From: Lapillicoccus sp. | GTDB lineage: Bacteria > Actinomycetota > Actinomycetes > Actinomycetales > Dermatophilaceae | Direction of reading: 5' to 3' | Length of the DNA stretch: 36,677 nucleotides | NCBI GenBank assembly: GCA_035535635.1 | Contig: DATLPT010000150.1 | Location: 1 to 36,677, forward strand | Part shown: one piece after another, positions 1-9,621 of the stretch | How positions within the stretch are numbered: position 1 is the stretch's first letter | Layout: the number at the start of each line of letters is the position of its first letter | Position numbers and translations under genes: made by a program | The notes under the pieces: generated by a model | What the model saw: only the letters and a program-made list of their open reading frames with translations | The model's database searches: none | Told to the model about the DNA's origin: nothing

Positions 1-27
1 AGGTCCGGCGCGTACGCAGGACTGTGA
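1..27 (+). CDS. 3' end of an upstream gene, possibly the tRNA m1A58 methyltransferase that usually precedes arc
   Basis: Frame 1 reads RSGAYAGL-stop; the identity is inferred only from the usual actinobacterial synteny. Confidence 0.3.
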   Translation, partial: RSGAYAGL

Positions 28-59
28 CTCAAACCTCCGAGCAGTAGGAGAAACGGCGA

Positions 60-70
60 GTTAGGGTCGA
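60..70 (+). promoter_or_regulatory. Putative -10 region of the arc promoter (TAGGGT)
   Basis: GTTAGGGTCGA about 40 nt before the AGGAGG-preceded ATG; the same 11-mer recurs upstream of pup. Confidence 0.5.
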
Positions 71-110
71 AACAGGACACCGATCCGGAGAGCCGTCAGG
101 AGGTGCCGGG

Positions 111-1901
111 ATGTCAAACCTCACCCCCCGCGAGCCCGAGGACGTGCGCGCCCACCACGACCCGATCGACCCGTTCGAGAAGGCCGCGCCCGAAGAGCTG
201 TCCCGGCAGCGCGACCTCCTGCGCGACGAGGTGCGTGACCTTCGCGAGCAGCTGCGGCACAGCCCGACCCGGGCCCGCGAGCTGGAGAACCGCGTCCTGC
301 AGCTGCAGACATCGCTCGCCACCCTCTCGACGCAGAACGAGCGGCTGGTGCGCACCCTCAAGGAGGCGCGCGAGCAGATCGTCACGCTGAAGTCGGAGGT
401 GGACCGACTCGCCCAGCCGCCCAGCGCATACGGACTGATCCTCGAGTCCTACGACGACGCGACCGTCGACATCCTCACCAGCGGGCGGAAGATGCGCGTC
501 GCCGTCAGTCCAACTGTGGACCCGGCCAGCCTCAGCGCCGGCCGCGAGGTCATGCTCAACGAGGCGCTCAACGTCGTCGCGACCTGCGGGTTCGAACGCG
601 TCGGCGAGGTCGTCATGGTCAAGGAGATCCTCGACGACGACCGCATCCTGGTCGTGGCCCACGCCGACGAGGAGCGCGTCTGCCGTCGGGCCGACTCGCT
701 GGAGGGCCAGCTGGTCCGCGTCGGCGACGCGCTCATGCTCGACCCGCGTTCGGGCTTCGTCTACGAGCGGATCCCCAAGGCCGAGGTCCAGGACCTCGTC
801 CTCGAGGAGGTCCCCGAGATCGACTACGAGGACATCGGCGGTCTCAGCAGCCAGATCGAGCAGATCCGCGACGCCGTCGAGCTGCCCTACCTGCACCCGG
901 AGCTGTTCAAGGAGCACCAGCTCCGGCCGCCGAAGGGCGTCCTCCTCTACGGCCCGCCCGGATGCGGCAAGACGCTCATCGCCAAGGCGGTCGCCGCGTC
1001 GCTGGCCAAAAAGGTCGCCGAGCGCACCGGCGTCGCGACGGAGAAGAGCTACTTCCTCAACATCAAAGGCCCGGAGCTGCTCAACAAGTACGTCGGCGAG
1101 ACCGAGCGGCACATCCGCGTCATCTTCCAGCGGGCGCGGGAGAAGGCCTCCGACGGCACACCCGTAGTCGTCTTCTTCGACGAGATGGACTCGCTGTTCC
1201 GCACCCGTGGCTCCGGTGTGTCCAGCGACGTCGAGACGACGATCGTGCCGCAGCTGCTGTCCGAGATCGACGGTGTGGAGCGCCTGGAGAACGTCATCGT
1301 CATCGGTGCATCCAACCGCGAGGACATGATCGACCCCGCGATCCTGCGGCCCGGGCGGCTCGACGTGAAGATCAAGATCGAGCGCCCCGACGCCGAGAGC
1401 GCCCGCGACATCTTCAGCAAGTACCTCGTCGAGGGCCTGCCACTCCACGAGCACGACCTGTCGGAGAACGGAGGCAGCCGGTCCGCAACCGTCGAGGGGA
1501 TGATCCAGGCGACCGTCGAGCGGATGTACTCCGAGATCGACGAGAACCGGTTCCTCGAGGTGACCTACGCCGGCGGTGACAAGGAGATCCTCTACTTCAA
1601 GGACTTCAACTCCGGCGCGATGATCGAGAACATCGTCGACCGGGCGAAGAAGATGGCGATCAAGGACTTCCTGACCATCGGCCAGAAGGGCATCCGGGTC
1701 GAGCACCTGCTCGCGTCGTGCGTGGACGAGTTCAAGGAGAACGAGGACCTGCCCAACACGACGAACCCGGACGACTGGGCTCGCATCTCGGGCAAGAAGG
1801 GCGAGCGGATCGTCTACATCCGCACGCTCATCAACGGCAAGGACGGCACCGAGCCGGGTCGCTCGATCCACAACGTCGCCAACACCGGTCAGTACCTCTA
1901 G
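111..1901 (+). CDS. arc: Proteasome-associated AAA ATPase ARC/Mpa
   Basis: N-terminal coiled coil, Walker A GPPGCGKT, Walker [10 protein letters not shown]-terminal GQYL gate-opening motif, AGGAGG RBS. Confidence 0.98.
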   Translation: MSNLTPREPEDVRAHHDPIDPFEKAAPEELSRQRDLLRDEVRDLREQLRHSPTRARELENRVLQLQTSLATLSTQNERLVRTLKEAREQIVTLKSEVDRLAQPPSAYGLILESYDDATVDILTSGRKMRVAVSPTVDPASLSAGREVMLNEALNVVATCGFERVGEVVMVKEILDDDRILVVAHADEERVCRRADSLEGQLVRVGDALMLDPRSGFVYERIPKAEVQDLVLEEVPEIDYEDIGGLSSQIEQIRDAVELPYLHPELFKEHQLRPPKGVLLYGPPGCGKTLIAKAVAASLAKKVAERTGVATEKSYFLNIKGPELLNKYVGETERHIRVIFQRAREKASDGTPVVVFFDEMDSLFRTRGSGVSSDVETTIVPQLLSEIDGVERLENVIVIGASNREDMIDPAILRPGRLDVKIKIERPDAESARDIFSKYLVEGLPLHEHDLSENGGSRSATVEGMIQATVERMYSEIDENRFLEVTYAGGDKEILYFKDFNSGAMIENIVDRAKKMAIKDFLTIGQKGIRVEHLLASCVDEFKENEDLPNTTNPDDWARISGKKGERIVYIRTLINGKDGTEPGRSIHNVANTGQYL

Positions 1902-1914
1902 GCAGGCTCGTGCC

Positions 1915-1941
1915 GGATCGCCTACCCGAGGTATGCGATCC
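1915..1941. terminator. Hairpin between the convergent arc and DUF3054 genes
   Basis: GGATCGC-c-TACC-cga-GGTA-t-GCGATCC inverted repeat. Confidence 0.6.
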
Positions 1942-1942
1942 C

Positions 1943-2290
1943 TCACCGCAAGCGCGCCCCAACGAGCCGCCAGCCGAGCAACAGGACAGCGAGGACCAGG
2001 GTCGCGACGAGGACGAACGTCGGCGCGGTGCCCTGACCGGTGACGACCCGCAGCACCATGCCGACGAGAACCGTGCAGAAGACCACCGCGATTCCGGGGC
2101 CGACGTCGACCGGCCAGCGGTGCGACAGCGAGCGGACCAGGACCCAGCCGATCACCAGACCCACCAAGAACGGCCAGGCGGTCTGCAGCACCCCACGCAA
2201 CGCGTCCCCCTCCTCGTGGCTCGCTCGTCCGACGGCCGCGAAGAGCAGCACGAAGGCGACGTCGAGCGCAACGGCGAGGGTGACCGGCAT
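1943..2290 (-). CDS. DUF3054-family small membrane protein
   Basis: DVAFVLLFAAVGRASH...TAWPFLVG motif and four hydrophobic segments; start set at the ATG at 2290. Confidence 0.8.
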   Translation of the reverse strand: MPVTLAVALDVAFVLLFAAVGRASHEEGDALRGVLQTAWPFLVGLVIGWVLVRSLSHRWPVDVGPGIAVVFCTVLVGMVLRVVTGQGTAPTFVLVATLVLAVLLLGWRLVGARLR

Positions 2291-2331
2291 ACGGCACGAA
2301 GCCCGTGTCGACGGCACCAGCGACCGGCCGG

Positions 2332-3309
2332 TCAGAACGGAAGCCGCGGCTGCGGCGGCGCGTGCGTTGGGTCCACGCCCTCAAACAACGAGGACACGGA
2401 CCGGCCCAGATGGATCCGTGCCATCGCCTCGGCGAACAACCCCGCGACCGAGCGCACCTGCAGGTCGCTCCAGTCGTCCCGCCCCGGCACGGTGTCGGTG
2501 GTGACGACCTCCGTGATCATCGGGTGCGTGCTGAGACGCTCGACGGCCATACCCGTGAACAGCCCGTGCGTGCAGGTGACCGAGGCCTCGGTGCAACCCA
2601 CGTCCTTGAGCCGCTCCAGCAGCTCGACGATCGAGCCGCCGGTTGCAATCTCATCGTCGAGGACGATGGCCCGCTTACCGGCGACGTCGCCGACGATCGC
2701 GTCGATGACCACCTTGTCGTCGGCCAGCCGCTGCTTGCTGCCCGCGGCGACGGGTAGCCCGAGCAGCCGGGCGAACTGCGTCGCGGTCTTGGCGTTGCCG
2801 AGGTCCGGAGACACGACGACGGTGTCGGAGAGGTCACGCCCGCGATAGTGGTCGGCAAGGACGCCGATCGCGGTGAGGTGGTCGACGGGCACCGAGAAGA
2901 AGCCATGGACTTGCGGCGCGTGGAGCGTCATGGTGAGGACCCGGTCGGCCCCGGCCGTGACGAGCATGTCGGCCACCAGCCGGCCACCCAGGGAGATCCG
3001 GGACGCGTCCTTCTTGTCGGAACGCGCGTAGGCGTAGTGCGGCATGACGACGGTGATCTGCGCGGCGGAGGCGCCGCGCGCGGCGTCGCACATGAGCAGC
3101 AGCTCCATGAGGTGCTCCTGCGTGGGCGGGACGAGCGGCTGGATGATGTAGACGTCCTGCTGCCGGCAGTTCTCCAGGAGCTGCACCTGGAGGCAGTCGT
3201 TGCTGAACCGCTTGACGTCCACCGGGGAGCGCCGGACGCCGAGGTGTCCGCAGATCCGGTCGGCGAGACGGGGATGGGCAGTGCCGGAGAACACCACGAC
3301 GTCGTTCAC
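2332..3309 (-). CDS. prs: Ribose-phosphate pyrophosphokinase (divergent paralog)
   Basis: VFSGTAHPRLA, YAYARSDKK, LHAPQVHGFF, VSPDLG, LDDEIATGGS, CTHGLF motifs; GTG at 3309 with GGAAGG RBS. Confidence 0.92.
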   Translation of the reverse strand: MNDVVVFSGTAHPRLADRICGHLGVRRSPVDVKRFSNDCLQVQLLENCRQQDVYIIQPLVPPTQEHLMELLLMCDAARGASAAQITVVMPHYAYARSDKKDASRISLGGRLVADMLVTAGADRVLTMTLHAPQVHGFFSVPVDHLTAIGVLADHYRGRDLSDTVVVSPDLGNAKTATQFARLLGLPVAAGSKQRLADDKVVIDAIVGDVAGKRAIVLDDEIATGGSIVELLERLKDVGCTEASVTCTHGLFTGMAVERLSTHPMITEVVTTDTVPGRDDWSDLQVRSVAGLFAEAMARIHLGRSVSSLFEGVDPTHAPPQPRLPF

Positions 3310-3405
3310 GGGGCGGCCTTCCGAGGGCGGCGGCGGTTCCGTCTTTACTGTACGGGAGCAGCCGGGATCCGGGGCGCCACAGCAGGCCCGCATAGGCTGG
3401 CGGTT

Positions 3406-4932
3406 ATGAGCGTCCGCCGCGTCATGGGCATCGAGACGGAGTACGGCATCTCCGTGCCCGGCGACCCCGCGGCGAACCCGATGATCCTCAGTGGGCACGT
3501 CGTCAACGCGTATGCGAGTGCTCACGGCGTGCGGTCGGGCCGGGCCTCGTGGGACTACGCCGACGAGGCGCCACTGCGCGACGCGCGGGGGTTCGAAATC
3601 AGCCGCGCGCTGGCCGACCCGAGCCAGCTCACCGACGTCGAGGATCCGACCCTCGCGAACGTGGTCCTCACCAACGGCGCCCGACTCTACGTCGACCACG
3701 CTCACCCGGAGTACTCCTCACCAGAGGTGACGAACCCGCGCGACGCGGTGACGTGGGACCAGGCCGGCGAGCTGATCATGCTCGAGGCGGTCCGGCGGCT
3801 CCAGGACCGGCCCGGCCTGCCGGGCGTGAACCTCTACAAGAACAACACCGACGGCAAGGGCGCCTCCTACGGCACGCACGAGAACTACCTCATGCGCCGC
3901 GAGACGCCGTTCGCGGACATCGTGCGCCATCTCGTCCCGTTCTTCGTGGTCCGCCAGGTGATCTGCGGGTCGGGACGCGTGGGAATCGGCCAGGACTCTC
4001 GTACGCCGGGCTTTCAGCTGAGCCAGCGGGCCGACTTCTTCGAGGTCGAGGTCGGCCTCGAGACGACCCTCAAGCGGCCGATCATCAACACGCGCGACGA
4101 GCCCCACGCCGTCGCCGACCTCTACCGTCGACTGCACGTCATCATCGGCGACGCGAACCACTGCGACGTCGCCAACTTGCTCAAGCTCGGCATGACCAGC
4201 CTGGTCCTCACGCTCATCGAGGACCGCGCGATGACCAAGGACCTCACCCTCGCCAAGCCGGTCGCGACGCTCCACCAGGTATCCCACGACCCGACGCTGC
4301 AGGCCAAGGTGACCCTCCGCGATGGCGGGCAGATGACCGCGCTGGAACTGCTGTGGGAGTACCACGACGCGGTCGCCGCATACCTCGAACTCCGCGGGCT
4401 CGGGGGAGACGATGACCCGCATACCGCCGAGGTCATGCGGCTCTGGGGCGACGTCCTCCACCGGCTCGAAGTCGACCCGGCCCTCTGCGCCGCCGAGCTC
4501 GACTGGGTGGCCAAGCTCCAGGTCCTGGACGGCTTCCGCGAGCGGGACGGCCTGGACTGGAGCGACCCGCGGCTGCGGGCGGTCGACATCCAGTGGAGCG
4601 ACGTCCGGCCCGAGAAGGGCCTGTTCCGCCGGCTGGCCGCGCGCGGCCGGATGACGACGCTCGTCGACCCGGTCGCGGTCGAGGCGGCGGTGACGACGCC
4701 ACCGGAGGACACCCGGGCGTGGTTCCGCGGCACGTGCCTCGACCGGTTCCCGACACAGATCGCGGCCGCTTCGTGGGACTCGGTGATCTTCGACGTCCCC
4801 GGCCGGCAGGCGCTGCAGCGGGTGCCGATGCTCGAGCCGGAGCGCGGCACGAAGGCCCACGTCGGCGCCATCCTCGACCGCAGCCCGGACGTGACGACCC
4901 TCCTGCGTGAACTCGACGCGGCTTCTGGTTAG
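3406..4932 (+). CDS. dop: Pup deamidase/depupylase Dop
   Basis: [56 protein letters not shown]; ATG 7 nt after TAGGCT (leaderless). Confidence 0.97.
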   Translation: MSVRRVMGIETEYGISVPGDPAANPMILSGHVVNAYASAHGVRSGRASWDYADEAPLRDARGFEISRALADPSQLTDVEDPTLANVVLTNGARLYVDHAHPEYSSPEVTNPRDAVTWDQAGELIMLEAVRRLQDRPGLPGVNLYKNNTDGKGASYGTHENYLMRRETPFADIVRHLVPFFVVRQVICGSGRVGIGQDSRTPGFQLSQRADFFEVEVGLETTLKRPIINTRDEPHAVADLYRRLHVIIGDANHCDVANLLKLGMTSLVLTLIEDRAMTKDLTLAKPVATLHQVSHDPTLQAKVTLRDGGQMTALELLWEYHDAVAAYLELRGLGGDDDPHTAEVMRLWGDVLHRLEVDPALCAAELDWVAKLQVLDGFRERDGLDWSDPRLRAVDIQWSDVRPEKGLFRRLAARGRMTTLVDPVAVEAAVTTPPEDTRAWFRGTCLDRFPTQIAAASWDSVIFDVPGRQALQRVPMLEPERGTKAHVGAILDRSPDVTTLLRELDAASG

Positions 4933-4989
4933 GGTCGAGTAGGTCTGGTCACCACCGCGAGCCGGCCGCAGGAGCGTTGGAGGTACGTC

Positions 4990-5196
4990 ATGGCAGCTCA
5001 GGAGCACAGCCGTCCGCAACGGCGCGAGGGCGAACCGGACCCTGGTCCGGACGAGGCGCCCGTCGCCCCCGAGGCCAGCGCGCGCAAGGAAGCCCTCGAC
5101 GACGACATCGACACCGTGCTCGACGAGATCGACGGCGTCCTCGAGGCCAACGCCGAGGAGTTCGTGCGCGGGTTCGTGCAGAAGGGCGGCCAGTGA
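4990..5196 (+). CDS. pup: Prokaryotic ubiquitin-like protein Pup
   Basis: [26 protein letters not shown]-terminus; GGAGG RBS. Confidence 0.98.
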   Translation: MAAQEHSRPQRREGEPDPGPDEAPVAPEASARKEALDDDIDTVLDEIDGVLEANAEEFVRGFVQKGGQ

Positions 5197-6032
5197 GCCC
5201 AGACGCGTCCCCCGGCGGGGGAACGGGGCGGCTGCCCGACGCCTTCACCATGTCCGGGTCCTCGTCGTTCAGCGAGTTCGTGGGGCGCGTGGCCCCCGAG
5301 CTGCTGCCCGGCAGGCGGCCGCTGCCGCCCGGCACGAGCGTCGAGGCGCCGCACAGCACGACCATCGTCGCGCTCGAGTTCGCCGGCGGCGCCGTCATGG
5401 CCGGCGACCGTAGGTCGACCATGGGAAACCTCATCGCCAACCGCGACATGGAGAAGGTCTTCGCTGCCGACGAGTACGCCGTGATCGGCATCGCCGGCAC
5501 GGCCGGGCTGGCCATCGAGCTGGTGAAGCTGTACCAGGTCGAGCTCGAGCACTACGAGAAGATCGAGGGCACGCTGATGTCCGTCGAGGGCAAGGCGAAC
5601 CGGCTCGCGAGCATGATCCGCGCGCAGCTCGGCCTGGCCATGCAGGGGCTGGCCGTCGTGCCACTCTTCGCCGGCTACGACGTCGATGACGGCGGCGGGC
5701 GGATCTACTCCTACGACGTCACCGGCGGCTGCTACCGCGAGCACGACCACCACGGGGTCGGATCCGGTTCGCTCTTCGCCCGCGGCTCGATGAAGAAGCT
5801 GTGGCGTCCCGGGCTCGACGCCGACGTCGCCGTCCGCGTCGCGCTCGAGGCGCTCTACGACGCCGCCGACGACGACTCTGCCACGGGCGGTCCTGACCTG
5901 AGCCGCCGGATCTGGCCCACCGTCGCGGTCGTCGACGTCGAGGGCGTCCGGTTCGTCTCCGAGGGCAGCCTTTCCGAGCTGGTCGCCCAGATCGTCGCCG
6001 ACCGCCAGGGCAACCCCGGAGGTGCGCGATGA
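5193..6032 (+). CDS. prcB: 20S proteasome beta subunit
   Basis: Propeptide then TTIVAL...[26 protein letters not shown]; GTGA overlap with pup. Confidence 0.96.
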   Translation: MSPDASPGGGTGRLPDAFTMSGSSSFSEFVGRVAPELLPGRRPLPPGTSVEAPHSTTIVALEFAGGAVMAGDRRSTMGNLIANRDMEKVFAADEYAVIGIAGTAGLAIELVKLYQVELEHYEKIEGTLMSVEGKANRLASMIRAQLGLAMQGLAVVPLFAGYDVDDGGGRIYSYDVTGGCYREHDHHGVGSGSLFARGSMKKLWRPGLDADVAVRVALEALYDAADDDSATGGPDLSRRIWPTVAVVDVEGVRFVSEGSLSELVAQIVADRQGNPGGAR

Positions 6033-6913
6033 GCATGCCCTTCTACGTCTCGCCCGAGCAGCTGATGAAGGACAAGGCGGACTATGCCCGCAAGGGCATC
6101 GCCCGCGGCCGCTCGGTCGTCGTCCTCGTCTACGACAAGGGCATCGCCTTCGTGGCGGAGAACCCCCAGAGCCTGCGCAAGATCTCCGAGATCTACGACC
6201 GCATCGCCTTCGCCGCGGTCGGCATGTACTACGAGTTCGAGAACCTCCGGGTGGCCGGGATCCGGTATGCGGACCTGCGCGGATACTCCTACGACCGCAG
6301 TGACGTCAGCGCGCGAGGGCTCGCCAACGCCTACGCCCAGACCCTCGGCACGGTCTTCACCCAGGAGCCGAAGCCCTACGAGATCGAGCTGGTCGTGGCA
6401 GAGGTCGGCGAGACGCCGGAGCAGGACCAGATCTTCCGGCTGACCTACGACGGGTCGGTCGCCGACCAGCACGGGTTCTCCGTCATGGGCGGTGCGAGCG
6501 TCCAGGCCGAGACGTCGCTGCGGGAGCGGTGGCGGGAGGGTCTGACCCTCGCCGAGGCCCTGCGGCTGGCCGTCGACACCCTCGCTCAGGACCCCAACGG
6601 CGGCCCGGCCAGGACGCTCACGGCCTCGCAGCTCGAGGTCGCGGTCCTCGACCGACTGCGACCGCGCCGGACCTTTCGACGGATCGCCGGCCCCCTGCTG
6701 GCGGACCTGCTCAACACCGACAGCCCGGTCTCGGACGCGCCGGTCGTCGACGACGGCCGACCCGGTCACCACGACGTCCTCACCGGCGGGCTTCCGGTGC
6801 CGGAGACGCCGGGTACCGACCAGCCGCCGCCCGCCGACGCCGACCCGGGCACCGGGGAGTCGGAACCCATCGACCCCGGGCCCGGCGATCCGGAGGGCGA
6901 GAGCCCCTCGTGA
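6029..6913 (+). CDS. prcA: 20S proteasome alpha subunit
   Basis: [38 protein letters not shown]; ATGA overlap with prcB. Confidence 0.97.
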   Translation: MSMPFYVSPEQLMKDKADYARKGIARGRSVVVLVYDKGIAFVAENPQSLRKISEIYDRIAFAAVGMYYEFENLRVAGIRYADLRGYSYDRSDVSARGLANAYAQTLGTVFTQEPKPYEIELVVAEVGETPEQDQIFRLTYDGSVADQHGFSVMGGASVQAETSLRERWREGLTLAEALRLAVDTLAQDPNGGPARTLTASQLEVAVLDRLRPRRTFRRIAGPLLADLLNTDSPVSDAPVVDDGRPGHHDVLTGGLPVPETPGTDQPPPADADPGTGESEPIDPGPGDPEGESPS

Positions 6914-7410
6914 GCGCCGACCTCTACGACACCCCGGTCACCGTGCTGGGCGGGGGGCCGGCGGATCTGCACGACTTCGAGGACCAGGCGGTCCTCGTCG
7001 TCAACACGGCCTCACAGTGCGGGCTGACCCCGCAGTACGCCGGCCTCCAGCGGCTCCAGGACCGCTACGCCGGGCGTGGCTTCACCGTGCTGGGGTTCCC
7101 GTGCAACCAGTTCGGCCGACAGGAGCCGGGCAGCGCAGACGACATCCGGGCGTTCTGCCGCGACCGCTACGCCGTCGAGTTCCCCGTCTTCGACAAGATC
7201 GAGGTCAACGGACCTGGTCGGCATCCCCTGTATGCGTCGCTGACCCGGGTTCCGGACGCCGACGGGGTTGCCGGCGACATCCAGTGGAACTTCGAGAAGT
7301 TCCTCGTGTCGCCTCGCGGGCAGGCCGTCCAGCGGTTCCGGCCCCAGGTGGAACCAGAGGCGCCGGAGCTGATCGCCGCGATCGAGAACGCCCTCCCCGA
7401 CCGAGGCTAG
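6910..7410 (+). CDS. Glutathione peroxidase family (Cys-type, probably thioredoxin/mycothiol dependent)
   Basis: [29 protein letters not shown]; GTGA overlap with prcA. Confidence 0.93.
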   Translation: MSADLYDTPVTVLGGGPADLHDFEDQAVLVVNTASQCGLTPQYAGLQRLQDRYAGRGFTVLGFPCNQFGRQEPGSADDIRAFCRDRYAVEFPVFDKIEVNGPGRHPLYASLTRVPDADGVAGDIQWNFEKFLVSPRGQAVQRFRPQVEPEAPELIAAIENALPDRG

Positions 7411-8459
7411 CGTTGGGCGCCGGCTTCCTGCCGGTGCTGCGCCGCGTCGACGTCCTCCACTCCCTCGTCGTCGGCCGCCCACTCGTCGGTGTCCGCGGAT
7501 GACCGGTCGAGAGACCCGCGAGCGGCGGCGGTGTCGGAGCGGTGGCCGTTGTCGAACGCCTGCTCGGTCATGTCGATGACTTCCGTGGATCCATCCGCCG
7601 CGCCCCCGGAATGGCGCTCCCTCTCCGCAGCCGCGGGCTCAGCCTCGCTGTCACCCAGCGGCGCGCCGACTGCACTGCCCAGCTGTCGCAGCAGACCATC
7701 CACGGTGCCCAGCTGCGCGGTGATGCTCTCGCGGCGAGCATCGACGGCGGCGAGCTGGTTCTTCCGGTCCAGCTCGATCCGTTCCGCGTTCTCCCTAGCC
7801 TGGCTCTCGACGAGAGTGGCCTCCTCGTACGCCAGCTGCTCGACGCGGGACTGCGCCAGCCGCAGCCGCTCCGCGTGCTCCGCGATCTGGGCGCCGACGG
7901 CGCCCACGGCGTCGGCCTGTGCCTGATGTCTCTCGAGGATCGTCTGCGCCTCAGCGCGCCGACCCTGCGCGTCACGCTCGGCCTCGGCGCGCAGCTCCGC
8001 CGCCTGCCGGCGCGCGTCGTCGAGGACCCGGCTGGCCTCGTCGTGGGCGCTGCGCCGGATCTCGTCGACGTAGCGCTCAACCTCGGCGCGCGAGGCGGCG
8101 ATGGCCGCGTCGGCCTCGTCGAGCTGCTGACGGGCTTGCTCCCGTCCGGCCGCCCGCAGCTCCTCGGCCTCCTCGTTGGCGAGCGCCAGGATCGACCCGA
8201 TCCGGGTGCCTACGTCGCCGCCGGCACCGGGCGCCTGGGCGGGCCGTCGCTCGAGCTCGACGATGCGGGCCGCCGCCTCGTCGAGGTCACGGTTCGCCCG
8301 CGACAGCTGCTCCTCCGCCCGGGTCAGCTCGATCGTGCGGTCGGCGGCGATGCGTCGCGCGGTCACGATGGAGGTCTGCAGCTCGTCCATGGCGGACTTG
8401 ACCTGCTCCGGGTCGTATCCACGGAGCACGCTGCGGAACTGAGGATCTTCGGACATCAC
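7407..8459 (-). CDS. FilP-like coiled-coil protein, paralog 1
   Basis: FRSVLRGYDPEQV head, VGTRIGSILALANEEAEELR, RRESITAQLGTVDGLL tail motif; start at GTG 8459 or ATG 8456. Confidence 0.8.
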   Translation of the reverse strand: MMSEDPQFRSVLRGYDPEQVKSAMDELQTSIVTARRIAADRTIELTRAEEQLSRANRDLDEAAARIVELERRPAQAPGAGGDVGTRIGSILALANEEAEELRAAGREQARQQLDEADAAIAASRAEVERYVDEIRRSAHDEASRVLDDARRQAAELRAEAERDAQGRRAEAQTILERHQAQADAVGAVGAQIAEHAERLRLAQSRVEQLAYEEATLVESQARENAERIELDRKNQLAAVDARRESITAQLGTVDGLLRQLGSAVGAPLGDSEAEPAAAERERHSGGAADGSTEVIDMTEQAFDNGHRSDTAAARGSLDRSSADTDEWAADDEGVEDVDAAQHRQEAGAQR

Positions 8460-8486
8460 ACAACTCGATTCGGCCTGGTCGATCGA

Positions 8487-8525
8487 CAGGTGCGGGGATT
8501 CGACGCCGATCGTCTCCTGGTTCGG
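8487..8525 (-). promoter_or_regulatory. Conserved upstream element of FilP-like paralog 1 (ECF-like GAACC-N16-CGAAT)
   Basis: 29 of 39 nt identical, ungapped, to 10366-10404. Confidence 0.55.
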
Positions 8526-8571
8526 TCGTCAGCGGCCAGTCGCATGGAACCTATTGTCCGTCGCCGGCCGG

Positions 8572-9582
8572 TCAGCGGCGAGCGCCGCTGTCGACGAAGG
8601 GCTGCTCACGACCGTTCGCGGATCGGGTGTCGGGGGCCTCGACCGGCGACCTTGCCGCTGAACCGTTGGCTTGCTCGCGCGGTGAAGCGGTTGGCCGGGC
8701 CGCTGACATCGCTCGGACCAGCCGCTCCCGCACCTCGGCGAGCTGCGCGCGAACACGGGCCCGGTGCTCCAGGGCCTCCTCCCGGATCCGGCGCGCCTCC
8801 TCGATGATGAGCTCGGCTTCGGCCCTCGCCTCAGCCAACCGCTCTTGGGCCTCGGCTTCCGCATCATCCTTGAGACTCTGGAACTCCTCGCCGCGTGCGT
8901 CGATCCGGGCGGCAAGTGACGCGAGCCGCTGCTCCTGGGCGGCGGTCTGGTGGGCGAACTCGGCCTCGGCCTGCGCCTGCCGCTCGGCGAGCTCCGCGGC
9001 CAGGCGCTCGTACGCCTCGACGTCGGCCCGCTGCTGCGTCTCCCGCAGGACAAGGGCGTCGGCGAGGATCCGCTCCGCCTCCGCCCGGGCCCTCTCCTTG
9101 ATGCCCTTGGCTTCCTTCTGGGCGCGGTTACGGACGTCGCTCGCGTAGTGGTCAGTCTCGGCCCGCGTCGTGACCGCGGTGGCCTCGGACTCGTCGTGCA
9201 GCGCCTGGGCCTCTTCGTGCGCCCGCCGAGTGATCTCCGACGCCTCCGCGGACGCCGCTGCGAGGATGTCCCCAATCCTCGACCCGAGGCTCTCGAAGGA
9301 CGCGCTTCCGGCGGCCGGACGCTTCTCCAGCTCCGTGATCCGGCGCTGAGCCTCACTAAGCGCCGTGCCGAGCTCGTCCCGCATCCGCTCGGCGGACTGG
9401 AGCCTGGACGCGTGCTCCTCGGCGTCCCGGACGGCGTCGCTGAGCGAGGTGTAGAGCTCGTCGAGGACCTCTTCCACCTGCTCGGGGTCGTACCCGCGCC
9501 GGACCGTGCGGAACTCAGGGAAGTACTCCTCGTCCGAGTCGCTCGGTGAGTCGTTGGATGCGTCGTTCGGTGCGTCTGTCAT
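8572..9582 (-). CDS. FilP-like coiled-coil protein, paralog 2
   Basis: FRTVRRGYDPEQVEEVL head, SFESLGSRIGDILAAASAEA, RARVRAQLAEVRERL tail; ATG at 9582 with a G-rich RBS. Confidence 0.8.
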   Translation of the reverse strand: MTDAPNDASNDSPSDSDEEYFPEFRTVRRGYDPEQVEEVLDELYTSLSDAVRDAEEHASRLQSAERMRDELGTALSEAQRRITELEKRPAAGSASFESLGSRIGDILAAASAEASEITRRAHEEAQALHDESEATAVTTRAETDHYASDVRNRAQKEAKGIKERARAEAERILADALVLRETQQRADVEAYERLAAELAERQAQAEAEFAHQTAAQEQRLASLAARIDARGEEFQSLKDDAEAEAQERLAEARAEAELIIEEARRIREEALEHRARVRAQLAEVRERLVRAMSAARPTASPREQANGSAARSPVEAPDTRSANGREQPFVDSGARR

Positions 9583-9621
9583 GATGATTGCCCCCAATGG
9601 TCTCATCCCCGCACGCAAACC

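Noticed and set aside
114-2384. 756-aa minus-strand ORF
   Set aside because: Antisense shadow of arc, typical of high-GC codon bias; no recognisable motifs
2848-3405. Long N-terminal extension of dop, and the reciprocal extension of prs to 3705
   Set aside because: The extensions overlap the opposite-strand gene; the family N-termini and start signals point to 3406 and 3309
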